64,000 nucleotides of DNA from the human T2T-CHM13v2.0 reference genome, Homo sapiens, in assembly GCF_009914755.1 (NCBI RefSeq), contig NC_060928.1. One strand, written 5' to 3'. Shown piece by piece: positions 14,952 to 30,149 of this stretch. Within the stretch, counting starts at the first letter, position 1. Each line of letters opens with the position of its first letter. A program made the translations under genes and the position numbers. Under the pieces are notes generated by a model. It saw only the letters and a program-made list of their open reading frames with translations. It made no database searches and was not told the DNA's origin.

Positions 14952-15341
<390 letters not shown>

Positions 15342-16020
15342 TAAAATTTCATTCCTTCATTTAAAAATGTTTTGTAAGGAAGAATAAAGACAAGAATGTG
15401 TAATAATATATTTTAGATATGCAGAAAGTCTACTTAATTTTTAGGTTAGACAATTTTATACAAAGCAGGCCCCTTTTTGAATTGGTATTGTTTCGTTTAT
15501 TTAAAGAATTATATGGATCAAAAGAGGGCAATTAAGAATTATGAATTATGAATTCTTTTTCATAGACACAGAAATTAAAAGAACTTTTCCTTAGAAAGAT
15601 GCATAATTCACCTCTACTCTTAGTAAATAAAACATTTTAGTAAACAAATATCTTATCCTCAAATACACTTTTATTCTAAATATTGATATTAATTACATAG
15701 AAATTCACATAGAAGCTATTCATTCCTCATATCTTATAGTGCTTTATTTTTAAATTTATAAATGTTTTTCAATCTATCACTGCCAAATGAGCAATTTAGC
15801 ACACAAACATGTACTTATTTTATTTAAAAAAAAATGGAGTTGAGAATAATTTATATATACATATGTATACTGACATTTATAAAATTGTAAATCATACTGG
15901 AAAAATACTATACATATTATTCTCAGTATGCAAAGTAGGAGAAAAACACCTAAAACCTTTAATCAGTCTTAAAATTCTGATAGTTTTACAAATTAGTTCT
16001 AATCCGTAGCAATGGGACCA

Positions 16021-16312
16021 TTTCTTTTTCTTTTCTTTGAGACAGAATCTTGCTCTGTCACCCAGGATGCAGTGCAGTGGCACAATCTTGGCTCACTGCA
16101 ACTGCCGCCTCCTGGGTTCAAGTGATTCTTGGGCCTCAGCCCCCCGAGTAGGTGGGATTACAGGTGTGTACTACCACACCTGGCTAATTTTTGCATTTTT
16201 GTAAAAATGGGGTTTCACCATGTTGGCCAGGCTGGTCTCAAACTCCCGAGCTCAGGCAATCCACCAGCCGTGGACTCCCAAAGTGTTGGGAAGTAAGCCA
16301 CTGTGCCTGGCT
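16021..16312 (-). mobile_element. AluS
   Basis: Reverse Alu, TSD tgggacca. Confidence 0.88.
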
Positions 16313-16781
16313 GGGACCACTTCTAATATGAGGCTTACAAGGTAGAATTTATATGCTGCTGGGACAAAAGCTAAGTGGCAAATATGACATCAGATGATCT
16401 AACTGACCTTCTCAGCAGATACTCTGCATCACTTGTAAAACAAAAGAAAGTCAAACACAGTGTTTTTTTTTTTTACATAATTTTCAGTTAACTTTAAATA
16501 CAAGATACACATGTGTTAAATTATTACTAATCTACCAGATTATTGCTTAACTTGTTGAATACCTATAATCTCTGCTTTTTCTGAAAGCTGGCATTTATTA
16601 AACATGTGGAGTTTTCACATGTTCCTGGCATTATTTATAATTTGAGGTGTTTCACCGACATCAGAGTAATACATTGCTTACTCTCCACTGATTTGTACAC
16701 TGGAAAAATGTTGTTTGCTGCAGTGTAGTAGCTACATATCATTCTTTAGTCCTTTACATGCAGACCAAAGAAATGAAAACT

Positions 16782-17080
<299 letters not shown>

Positions 17081-17501
17081 GGAAATGGGAAACTGTTAAG
17101 AATATGCTTTTCATAAAAGTCCAGTTACTTATTTACAAAATACTAAAGGCCAATGATAAGGTGATATGAACTGAGGAGTACCATTACCCAAGCCTTCTGT
17201 ACCTGAAGTCCAATTGTAAAAAAAACCCCAAAGCCCATCCACCTTTGTCTTAAACAGGTCTACATTGTACTTCTAAACTTGTACAGTCTTCATGAAATTA
17301 ACATCTTCATGTTTTCTTAAGCACTTTGGTTTAGAAACTTCTTAAAATATCATTCAAAAAGAGCTTAGAGCATGTACAGAGTTCATATAAAGCTCTATTT
17401 TACATAATTGTATATACTGCTATCTCAGGAACATGATATGTTATTTAGAAAAGATAGTAGGGCAAAAAAACAAAACACAAGGTCCAGGTACAAATAATTC
17501 C

Positions 17502-17894
<393 letters not shown>

Positions 17895-18583
17895 CTAAAA
17901 ACAAAAAATAATAATAATTCAGGCAATTGGTTGTCTGGGTTCTGCAATTTGAAATATTCCACTAGACACTAATATACAGGAACTCTTTTGGTCATTGTCA
18001 CATAGCAGAAATGCTGCTATATGTGAAGTTGTTCTGGACTGCCTGTTATAGCTATTAAATGGAAACCCCAGAATTCATCCTGAATGTCTCTGAATGTGAA
18101 AAGTCACATGCGTTAATTTAATTCAGTATAAAATTTCCATGTTCTCCCACAAGGAGGATTTCAGCAGTGTCTTCCCAGCATGAAACCATGTCTTATCACT
18201 CCACCAGATTCAGAATTGGTACTAATTCTGACAGAAGCTGAAACTAAAGCCTATGTTTTCTTTAGTCAACATAAGGCCTTTTTAGAGATGGTGTGAATTA
18301 ATAGTTTAAACCACCAAAATAAAAGAATAGACAAGTATTTTCTTAACATATCCATTTCCATTGCTAGAGCTGCGGTGATCAGCAGAAGCATCTGCCTGGC
18401 TGTCAATATCAAGGTGGATCCAGGCTGTTGGAACTGGTGGATCCAGGGGTTGGAACGGAGGAATACTAAAAATGAGACTTGGAACTTGGAAGGCCTACAC
18501 CACGAGGGCCAATTCTGCCATAAGCCCTATTGCCCAGATATGTTACATAAAACATCCAGATATTACAGTGAAAGTCAGTGTGT

Positions 18584-18882
18584 GGCCAGACACAGTGGCT
18601 CACAATTGTAATCCAGCACTTTGGGAGGCCGAGGCTGGTGGATCACTTGAGGTCAGGAGTTTGAGACCAGCCTGACCAACATGGTGAAAACCCCATCTCT
18701 ACTAAAAATACAAAAATTAGCTGGGCATAGTGACACAGGCCTGTAATCTCAGTTGCTTGGGAGGCTGAGGCAAGAGAATTGCTTGAACCTGGGAGGCGGA
18801 GGTTGCAGTGAGCCGAGATCGTGACACTGCACTCTAACCTGGGTGACAGAGTGAGACTCCATCTCAAAAAAAAAAAAAAAAA
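18584..18882 (+). mobile_element. AluS
   Basis: Forward dimer, TSD aaagtcag. Confidence 0.9.
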
Positions 18883-18933
18883 GTCAGGTGAGAAGAAGTA
18901 GCACATAGTGAAAATGAATATAATAATTTTACA

Positions 18934-19071
18934 GCTGGTCGGGCTCAGTGGCTCATGCCTGTAATCCCAGCACTTTGGGAGGCTGAGACAGGAGGACTGC
19001 TTGAGCCCAGGAGTTTGAAACCAGCCTGGGCAACATAGTGAGACCCTGTCTTTAAAAAATAAAATAAAATA
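18934..19071 (+). mobile_element. Alu left monomer (FLAM-like)
   Basis: Single arm with TSD aataattttaca. Confidence 0.8.
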
Positions 19072-19295
19072 ATTTTACAGCTTTTGGTTCTCCTGTATTA
19101 TACAGCATAACTAGGAGAAAAAAAAACTATGAAATTATTTTCCCAAGACCAGTTTTACTCATCTTTATCACATTTGTTTGATGTGGGTTATCCAGGAGCC
19201 ACCTACATCAAGGTGGATCCAGGCTGTGGTCTTGCATTGGGTAACAAAGCCCTTCCCAGAGGGAGGAGTCACACCATTGGGTCAAGAGTCATGAA

Positions 19296-21727
19296 TGGGT
19301 ATTTTTACATATTTATTAAAACAAGTTTCCTGAGAAGTTTGACTAGGCTATGTTGTTGTTAACCTAGTTTGCTTAAAATGTACGAAAATGCAATCAAACT
19401 TACATATCTTTTAAATATTCGAAAGTCAGATTTTGTTCTGATTGCCCTATCCAATTAGGGCAAATTAGTGAGGGTTTTTTTGTTTTTTGTTTTGTTTTTC
19501 TAACAATAGTCTGAAACATAAAATTAAGTTTGGGTTTAAAAACAATTCTTGAAACTGTCATAAACATATGATATCTATTGATTAAACAGTAATAAAAAGA
19601 CACAAGGTACAAGAATTGAGGCTTGGCTGTTCTGGCTGTATACTAACTTCATATACCCTGACAGAATAAACTATCTTTTTAAAAAGTGCTTTGTACACTG
19701 CACAATTATAGCTTTACCAAATAAAAACTCAATGACATGTCGCTGAAATTTGCTTCTTCTAGAATTTGAAATTATTTAAAATACTGCATGAGAATATTTT
19801 TATCATATTATATAATATGACTTCATCAACATGAAGTTCCAGGACCCCAGATGCCTCTCTGAGAAGTTCATTATTTGATAGGGTTGGATCAAATGTAAAG
19901 GTCCAGGTGTTCAAAGATCTTAGATACCTAAAGAGAGAAAGGGGCAAATGGAGGCTCTTCTGAGAGTCAAAATGTTGATGAGAAACAAACTGAAAGTAGC
20001 ACACATAGGCAGAAAAATAGACAAGTTATGATTCAGAAAACAATTGTATGCAATTTTGGCATAAATCTCTGAGAGTCACTGTGGGCCATGAGTTGAAAAG
20101 GAACATGCAAGAGAGCAAGGAAAACACAAAGCCTCATTCAGATGTGCTGGTGAGAATATGACAGAAAATCTGTTGAAGTTGTGTACCATGAAGTCTGTCT
20201 TTTGTCAAAGTTCTATGCAGTCCCAGGATAGCGTGATAGCAGTGGTTAAACACAACCAGCTAGTTATAGCTTTCATTGTATGGAAAGACCTCTCTGGTCT
20301 GGAACTCTGCCTTTGAAATTATCCACGTAGTTCAGAAGGCAAATACTTGTTAAAGGGATCCCAAAAGGTAGGAGACAAGTAGTTTTTGTTATGCATTAGG
20401 GCAGACTTTCAAGCACAAGACACAAAATTGAGCAGCAAATGTTTGGGTAGTCCCATCTCCCTTCGGTTTATATGTGGGTAGTAAAATAAATAAAATTTTC
20501 CTTCTTTGTCTCTTTCTTGAAATAAAATATCAGGTATCCAAGGAGAGCTGAGGATTCTCAATTTGCTAGATTGCTTTAAAGGGGTCAGATTTAGAAAATT
20601 AAGGAATAAATGAAGAACAATTTTACTGGAGTAGGTGTGGTCAATAGGCCCTTTTCCATTTTGTGCCATTGCTTTTAGCACAAGGATGTCAAAAATATCA
20701 CATAGAATGTCATCTCTGATGGACTGACAGAGACCTCCTGTTGTGCTGTGTTAGGACATGAGGCTTATCCCAGCTTGGCGGGAGAGAATGCTAAGCATGA
20801 TGAGTGAGATCTGCCACAGGCACGGATATTTCCTGCTCCTCTTCTGTTTGTTTCAAACCACCTTCAGGATCTCTGAAACATAGAAGGCTGACAGATGACT
20901 CCCACCTGCACATACTTCCTACCTACATGTCACATCCAAGGGAGGTATGGTGAAACAAGTGTGAGCTTTGCAGAAATGCTGACAAGCAAGGGAATTTCAG
21001 CTGAGGAGAACATTAGTTCTTTCACTGAAGATTCCTAGTTTCTCTGAGAAGTTCTTAAGGGTGACCAGACCTGGCCATGCTAGGGTCTACAAGTTACCAA
21101 ACGCCACCTCATCAGGACTGTGGACCCCTCTCACTGTGTCTTCTTGGCAGGCAGAGCTTACTGACCCCCTGGGATGGTGTATTCATTAAAATACTTGCTG
21201 TGTTTGGTGTCTTTTCCATGACATAACACTCCTCGAGAAAAGTTCCTGCTGAATGTAGTTTACCTGTCCCACGACTTGAATAATCAGAGGAAATTATCCA
21301 AAGCTGGTTACTGACCCAAAAGGAAACCATCGATAAAACAGCTTCCTGATTTAGGCCCTAAGGAATGAAGCAGAAAGGTGACGAACATTTATCATGACCA
21401 GAGTGAGTGCAGTGAGCTAGAAGTTGGCTGAGAGGAGGCAACACATGTTGATCAGAAGTGAGCACATCACCCGCCTCCTTCTCCACCCTCAGAGGCAGCG
21501 ATGGATGGCAGCCAGGCCTTTTCCTAGTACTTCTCAATTGCACATTCTTCCAAGTGCAAGTGATGCCATCATTAGGAAGAGTGGGCGTTGGAAGAAACAG
21601 CAAAAGGTTCTTGTGTCTATGTTGATTTGAAATTAATTAAATTTGTATCCTCTTCATCCTCTGTTGGCAGCCTCAGCAGACTCCCTCAGGGGCTGCTTCT
21701 CTTGGAAAACATGAGCGCCATTCAGGT
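19296..21727 (-). other. TMEM154: TMEM154 proximal 3' UTR (about 2.4 kb)
   Basis: Repeat-poor, AT-rich sequence from the stop codon to the AATAAA at 19312-19317; cleavage position estimated. Confidence 0.75.
19312..19317 (-). terminator. Proximal polyadenylation signal AATAAA of TMEM154
   Basis: Plus strand TTTATT. Position agrees with my recollection of a shorter annotated TMEM154 mRNA. Confidence 0.7.
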
Positions 21728-21743
21728 TTAGGATTCACTGTCA
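21728..21743 (-). CDS. TMEM154: TMEM154 terminal exon 7, coding part (16 nt including TAA)
   Basis: (t)34 acag|T GAC AGT GAA TCC TAA completes SDSES*, the recalled C-terminus. Confidence 0.93.
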
Positions 21744-21744
21744 C

Positions 21745-21747
<3 letters not shown>

Positions 21748-21795
<48 letters not shown>

Positions 21796-21797
21796 CA
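21748..21797 (-). repeat. (TG)8(T)34 tract forming the TMEM154 exon 7 acceptor
   Basis: Plus strand A34 then (CA)8, directly next to ctgt (acag on minus). Confidence 0.95.
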
Positions 21798-21810
21798 AAA
21801 CAGTAATATA

Positions 21811-22124
21811 TTTCTTTCTTTTTTTTTTTTTTTTGAGACGGAGTCTGGCTCCGTCGCCCAGGCTGGAGCGCAGTGGCACGATCTCGGCCCACTGCAAGCT
21901 CCACCTCCCAGGTTCAGGTCATTCTCCTGCCTCAGCCTCCTGAGTAGCTGGGACTACAGGCACCCACCACCAAGCCTGGCTAATTTTTTGTATTTTTTTT
22001 TTTTTTAGTAGAGGCGGGGTTTCACCATGTTAGCCAGGATGGTCTCGATCTCCTGACCTTGTGATCTGCCCACCTTGACCTCCCAAAGTGCTGGAATTAC
22101 AGGTGTGAGCCACTGCACCCGGCC
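21811..22124 (-). mobile_element. AluY-like, sense to TMEM154, just upstream of exon 7
   Basis: ctgcaagctcc and ttagccaggatggtctcgatctcc diagnostics; TSD aacagtaa(t/c)atat. Confidence 0.9.
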
Positions 22125-22985
22125 AACAGTAACATATCTCTAAGAAGCTAAAGAGAGCTGGTCACTCCATTATGGAGGTGACTGAAGAGATCACAAACCG
22201 TCAGGAAGCCAGTGGTGTCCAGCTTACAATTTCTGAAACGAAGGTCAGTCTAAATTTTATATCTGATCCCTGAGGAAGAAATCCATGAAAGCCAAAAAAT
22301 AATCCCTAGCTCTTTCTCCTCATAGCCCTCCCCAGTGCTGATGCAGAGAGAACCAGATGGAGTTGGGGGTTCCCCGTTTAATAAATCTAATCCCATTCTC
22401 TACGAATACGTGCCAAATTGCCTTTTGCTGAAACAAATTTTCCACATGCCGTTTTCTCTCAAGAGTTTGTGGTCCTGGCATGTCTTCAATAGCCCGTTTT
22501 GTTCATACCTACAAAGGAGCTGAAGGGGCCTTCTCAGTGTCATTTAGAATTCAAACATCGGGCATCCTGGGGTGTGAGCAGACATAAATGATGTACATGG
22601 TATTTGAACATGACCATGCTGTTGGCTAATTTGGTCTTTTGCTTCTAACTTGGCTGTCTTTGCCAAGTACCTGGCTCCACACCTTTTTCCTGGTGGGCCC
22701 ACAGCTCCACCAAGTCTCCTGGAAAACAGGTGGCACTTCCCTTCCTCGCGCTTCTCTTTTTAGTTCCGTACTCCCTTCACTCACATCCTAGCAGGCCTCT
22801 ATTTGAAGTGACCTCTGCTTCCAAGGGAGCTTGAATGATAATGATCGACAGATCTGGTATCTCCCTCGCTCATAGATGTGGATAGTCTGCAATAGGTGAT
22901 ATTCTTCTGACTCCTACTTCAGTGCTCTCCTACTCAGTGAAACTCCATGTGTTTCTAAAAGGACTTCGGAGCAACTGAGACACAC

Positions 22986-23050
22986 ATAGATAGATAGACA
23001 GACAGATAGATAAATAGGTAGATAAGTAGATAGATAATGGATGGATCGAT
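22986..23050. repeat. (GATA/GACA)n degenerate tetranucleotide repeat
   Basis: atagatagatagacagacagatagata... Confidence 0.85.
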
Positions 23051-23211
23051 CCATGAAAGGGCAGGAGACATTGTGTATAGGTTTGTGTGTGGTGTTTGTT
23101 CATGTTGTGAAGACAGAGGCATAAGCTATCATAAGGAGAGAAGAACAATGGGAAAGGAGGAGGAGGACAGAATTTTATCTGAGGCAGGGAAGTGAACAAA
23201 AGGACAAACTA

Positions 23212-23569
<358 letters not shown>

Positions 23570-24627
23570 TCATCTGAAGAGTAGATATGACAACCCCTTT
23601 CACTTATGTCACCCTGAATAACTTTTAAATTAGCCAAGGAGGTTTAATTTCTTAGAAATTGGGTGGTAGTAAGAGAATATTTGAAAGATCCAGGAGTCTA
23701 TCTCTACAGAACATAAGTCTCTGAATTGCATGTTTTCCTTTGTGACCTTATCTTGAAATTTCAGCCACTTGAAGCAGAGTATAATATACAGCTGAACAAC
23801 AAAGGCAAAGCCCTCTTTTGTCCACAACATTAATCTTTGTCCAGCTGTTGTAATAGAAGTGATTTTTAAAGTTAATTATTATAAAATTTGTCCATATTCA
23901 TTGGTTAAAAAATAGAAAACACAAATAAGCAAAACAAAAATACCAATAATCTCACTACATTAACATTTTGGTATTTATTCTCCCAAAGATTTTTCTGTGA
24001 TAATGATATATATTCTTTTCGTACAAAATGGGATCATATTTTATATATTGTTCTGTAATCTGCTTTTCTCACTCTCATTCACATGTAAACATCTGTCTCT
24101 GCTAATAAATATACGATATCTTTTTAGTGGCTACATAGCTTTCCATTGTCTCACTAAATCAAAAACTTTTTTTAGCCAATCCCTTATTGTTAAACATTTA
24201 GGCTACTTCAAATTTTTAATTTTTATTTATTATAAACATTGCTACATCTTTGGAAACTTCCAATAGTTACCTTTGCATGTATCTCTAGAAAAGGAATTGT
24301 TAGGTCAAATTATATGCAATTTTAAAGCTTTAATGGCCCATTGTCAAATTATCCCCCTTTCCTAGAAATTTTTACAATTTACATTCTTCCAACACTACTC
24401 TTTAGGGAACTATCCTTTTCCCCACATCCTCTCCAACATTGAATATTATTATTTTCTTTTTTTGTGTGAGTCCAATAGGTGAAAATGGTTTCATATTTAC
24501 TGTTACTCTTTTATTACCACAAAGAATAAACCTTTTACAAAGCTTAGTTGGTAATTTTAATTTCTTCCTTTGCTGAATTGCTTATTAATAGTCTCTGATC
24601 ATATTTAAAGTGGAACAATTATTATTG

Positions 24628-25275
<648 letters not shown>

Positions 25276-26850
25276 AAATCTATCCTTTTCAAATATGATT
25301 TCTGACTTGTGTGTCATGCTTTCAAACTCGTTCCCTCCTTAAAGCTATATAATATTTTTCTATATTTTTTCTGGCTTTTTTTCTTTCTTTTTAACACTCA
25401 AACTCACCTGGAGTATATTTTAGTATAAAGCATGAGGTTGAGCTCTAAATTTCCCCCCAAATGTTAGTCAGTTGTCCCAAGACTATTTATTAAATAATGC
25501 ACTTGCTATGAAATGTTAATTCTAGTTTGATTCCAAGTGTACACTGTTTTAATTGTTGATCAAGCATGACACGCTCCCTGTGAAGTCCCCACCCTTATTC
25601 CATCTTACAATTTCACTTTTTCCTTCTTTTAGAATTATCCTGGCTATTTGTAACCAGTTATTCTTCCAGATGAAATGTGCATAGGGATTTTTAAGATGAC
25701 TGGGTTGAATTTAAGATGACCATTTTTACATGGTTGAGTCTTTCATCAGGAACACAGTATACCTCTCCATTCGTTTAAGTCTTTTATGTCCCACAATAAG
25801 AATCTGAACATTTTATATTATCACCTGCATTTTTTCAGTTAAGTTTATCCCTGGGTAGTTTACATTTGTGCCATTTTTATGATATTACCAATGTTGGTGT
25901 GTGCTAACGAGTGGCTTTTTTAGCATAGTAGATAAGAGCCCTGGGTCAGTTGTCCTGAGTCTGAATCAGGGTTCACTTTCTTGCTATGTGACATTAGGCA
26001 AATTAACCTTTCTTAGCCGGAGTTTCTTATCTCATCTCACCTGCAAAACATACATAACATACCATGAGCTTTATTGTTTTGTAAACAATAAATGAGAAAA
26101 TGCAGGTGAAATACCATACTCCAGGCCTGACACACAGACACATGAATGAATGTTAGTAATCCTTATTTTGCAGGTTTTACATAAGTAGCCAGTGTTTGTT
26201 GGTAAAACACTAGCATGAATATTGTTTCAAATATCCAAAGGCTTTCAGCAACCATGTTCCAAAACAAACTTTAAATTTCTAAGGAGAAGCATTTTGAAGG
26301 CTCACTGTGGGACACTGTCCATCAACAAGAACTTGTTTAACTTAAAGCACCAAAGAGGAAAAGAAGCTCAAGCTATGGTGCCCACTGCCACAGCTCTGTG
26401 GACCGTGAGCAACGGACAAAGCTCTGCTACTAGTTGCCTCGCCTGTGGGACATCAGGCCACTCCCAGAGTGTAGCAGCTCTTACTGGTGCTGGGATGGAC
26501 ATCAGGCATGTCAGTAAAGCAGCAAGCTGGGACCTGGCCTGCCACTTGTGCCTGGAGGCATTCTCTCCCAAATGCTCCTTCCTTTATTTAGTTAGATATG
26601 TTTCCTGCTGTCTTTTTGGCTATTTATTTTCTCTGTGGAATCATCAAATAAACCTAGACATTTTTAATTCTGAAAAGTCCTAGAGTTCTCTGTTAAAAAG
26701 ATCTTAGCAAACTGTCACAGAATTGCAACACATCAAATAAGTGATCCCTTTTCAAACCTTTAGTTTGAAAGCAGTTTTGGTAACTTAACTATGATGGTAA
26801 CATTAGCAAGCAATTTTTCTAGGAATGTTAGACAGATATTTTAAGAATGT

Positions 26851-27199
26851 GGGCCAAGTGTGGTGGCTAATGCCTGTAATCCTAGCAACTTGGGAGGCCA
26901 GGGCACTTGAGCCTCAAGGACCACTTGAGCCCATGAGTTCGAGACCAGCCTGGGGAACATAGTGAGACACTGTCTCTACAAAAAATTCAAAAATTAGCTG
27001 GGCATGGTGGCTCGTGTCAGTAGTCCCAGCTATTAAAAGTAATGGCAAAAACTGCAATTACTTTTGCACCAACCTTATACCTTATGTTTGGGTGGCTGAG
27101 GTGGGAGGGTTGCCTGAGACTGAGAAGGTTGAGGCTGTAGTGAGCTGAGATCACACCACTGCACTCTAGTCGTCTGGGCAAGAGAGTGAGACCCCATCT

Positions 27200-27230
<31 letters not shown>
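26851..27230 (+). mobile_element. AluJ-like carrying a MADE1 fragment
   Basis: Right arm interrupted after cccagcta. Confidence 0.85.
27033..27076. mobile_element. MADE1 / Hsmar1 terminal inverted repeat (half element)
   Basis: aaaagtaatggcaaaaactgcaattacttttgcaccaacct matches the recalled Hsmar1 TIR / MADE1 right half. Confidence 0.88.
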
Positions 27231-27232
<2 letters not shown>

Positions 27233-27974
27233 AAGTGGAACACCTTTCCCAAAATCCTGTATAGTAACAGGCTGACAAATAAAACCAAATTTAATTGATT
27301 AGAAAGCATCATTGTATTGTTTTCTTTAAGAAGGCATGTAATGGGCATGCTACCAGTTAAATAAGGACTGATGCAACTGTAATACCTTGTTTCATAATTG
27401 CCCCTTTGTTGCAGTCAGGATTAGATAAGTCATCTTTGTTCTCCTGACCAGTCTATCTTGTAACAATCCCTCTTTATGACCACAGCTCATGTACTCTGTC
27501 TCCAAAGATGGCAATAAACCTATGTTAAAACTTTCTTGTGTTATGATGCTCTCTAACTCATTTTTGTGGGGAGTGCAGAGTTCAGTTTAGCATAAAGTCA
27601 CATAACAATTAGATCAGGCTCCCTTTCTCTTCAATAGAATGTCCTTTCTCCTTCCTGCAAGAGGCCTGGTCTCAGGTGGAATGATTGAGGTAATGCATCT
27701 GGCTAACATCAGAGGCAAGCCTAGTCATGCACATAGATCATGCCCGTGTTGTGGATATAATCTGGGCCACTATTCAAGCAATGCTGTGGTTTTTAAAAGT
27801 AAGTACATCTTCTCTCATCCAACACATACATGCACACACACACGTGCGCACGTGCATCTGTGTTTTAATAATATTATTTGAGGTTATCATCCTGCAGGAT
27901 TATAAACTGTTACTTTGTATCCCTCATAATATCAAGCTCAGATTTGAGAGAATCTGACACTTAATACTTGAATT

Positions 27975-28192
27975 ACAGATGATCCCTGACTTACAGTGGT
28001 TAACTTACAATTTTTTTGACTTTACAATGGAGCAAAATTGATATGTATTCACTACACTCCTTGACTTATGATGGGGCTATCTCTAGATAAACATTATAAT
28101 TTGAAAATATCATGCATTTTTGACTTCAGATTTTTTTACTTACAATGTGTCTCTCTGGACCTAACCCCACTGTAAGTCAAGAAGGATCTATA
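27975..28192. mobile_element. MER47/Tigger5-type MITE
   Basis: TIR-like ends cagatgatccctgacttac ... gtaagtcaagaaggatcta with TA flanks. Confidence 0.65.
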
Positions 28193-30149
28193 TACGTTTA
28201 AATGACTTTGAGGGACTAAAGAAGAAAAGAGGAAAGCAGCCTCTGCACAAAGAAAAAAATTAGAAGTGGTCACAAAGATTTAACTGAGCAGACAGGCCAA
28301 AAAAAGCTCGCATAAAACTGCTGTTTTCTTGCAATTAATGGTTAAGTGTTGTCAATGACTGTGCTGAGTGACAGACACACCATTCACCGAGTACTTTCCT
28401 GTATTAGCCTCATGGTGGCTGGCTTTCTTGCTGCTGAGTGTTCTTCTTTTTCTAATCTATAATTTGTCTTTTAATTTATGAAATATCTCTTATTTTAACA
28501 AAATAATAAAAGAGAATGAAAATACATTTTTAAAAGAAACTTTTCTCTAGACTGAGCTTTATCAGCTACGAACCTGCCATGTGAACTTGAACAAGCCACT
28601 TAACCTCTCTGAGTTCTAAGTTTACTCAAATTATTTTATTTTTAACTGGTTGTTTTGACATGATGTAGACAGTGTCAGGCACATATTAAGTGCTCAATAA
28701 ATGTCTTTTGAAAACCTACATCAAAAATTATACTTTCTCAAAAAATGACAAAGAGAAGGGATGAAACAGGAAGAAATCCACAAAATTCTCTATTAAACTA
28801 ACCTAAATTTTTCCTGAAAAATAGTGAAGCGACTCCTTTTTATAATGACATCGAGCTCAGAAACATAAACTATAGAATAAACAGTAGAATTATTATAAGA
28901 ACAGATATACTGTCACTCTCTCTTAGTTAATTTCTTAGGCACTAGCATATAGAAAATGTGATGTAAATGTCTTACTATTGCTGTAATTATTACTGTATTT
29001 TCAAAATTATAAATCCACTTGAGCAGAACCACATCTAATTCTTTCCCTAATCTTTCCCTATGTTGCTGCTTAATGTAAAATCATCCCTGTGGTCAAGAGA
29101 TATAAGAGGAAAGAAGACAGGCATTTGGCTAATATTTGCGATTCCTTGTCTGTGGTTATTCATCTGAGATTGCAGAGACAGAAACACGAAGCTTTCAGGA
29201 AACCGTCTAACTACAAATGCCTCCAGAAGAAGGAAGAGGCTGGCTAGATTGGAAGAGTCATGATAAAAGGGACTTTTTCTTGTTTGCACCACTATCTAGT
29301 GGCATTTGGGAGGGTGTTGTGAGTGTGGGGTTAGGCAATAAGGGAGTGTGTTTCCTACACAGAAGTTAAAACAATAATAAAACCAACCAAAAGGATCTGT
29401 TTTCTGTCGTTACCATGTGTTGGCAATGCTTAACCAGATCAGGGATGAAATTCTCTTCAACTTGAGGGCAGACCCCTCCTAGCACCCTCCTCCCACTGAC
29501 ACTATGCCCCTGTGCAGTGCCAGGCACATAGCAGGTATGAATCACGGAAAAGATGCTAAGATGGAAAATAAGAATATGAAACACTCCCCTCCCCCATGAT
29601 TCCTTTGTTGCTTTTCCTATTGATTTCTTTCAAACATGAAAACCATAGTGTCCACTTCTCATAGTATTTTGTACATCTCTGGTCCTTATTAAAATCCTGT
29701 GCTGTCTTTCGGATTCCATAGCTCAGGAAGAATATCCATTCAATGAGGACAGAGGAAAGTAATGAACAAGACTGGCCAATGAGACAAGGATAAAGTTCTG
29801 AAAGGCCTGAGATTATAGACCCTAACAAGACAAGCTTGAAGAGTTGAAGTCTTTGCACACAATGTGGTATATTCAGTGTAGGATGGTTATCAGATTGACT
29901 CCCTTTTCCCAGAAGCATGGTGGTCGTAGGTTCTATGGACTTAATAGATAACAGAGGTTCTATGTCAGGCATGTCTTTCTAGCATCAAGGAAAGTGGAAC
30001 CCTGTAAATGAATTCCAGAAGGCTTTGTTTATCAGGAGAAAGGAGAAGTGTGTCTTCCACTCAATTCAATTTTTAATGACTGTTACATACTTTCCGAAGC
30101 ATTAAATTCACCTGTATACTACTTCAATGACAGAGGAAGAATCATGCAC

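Noticed and set aside
27033-27076. New miR-548 gene
   Set aside because: Only half of MADE1 is present, giving at most a short imperfect stem of about 12 bp, too small for a Drosha substrate.
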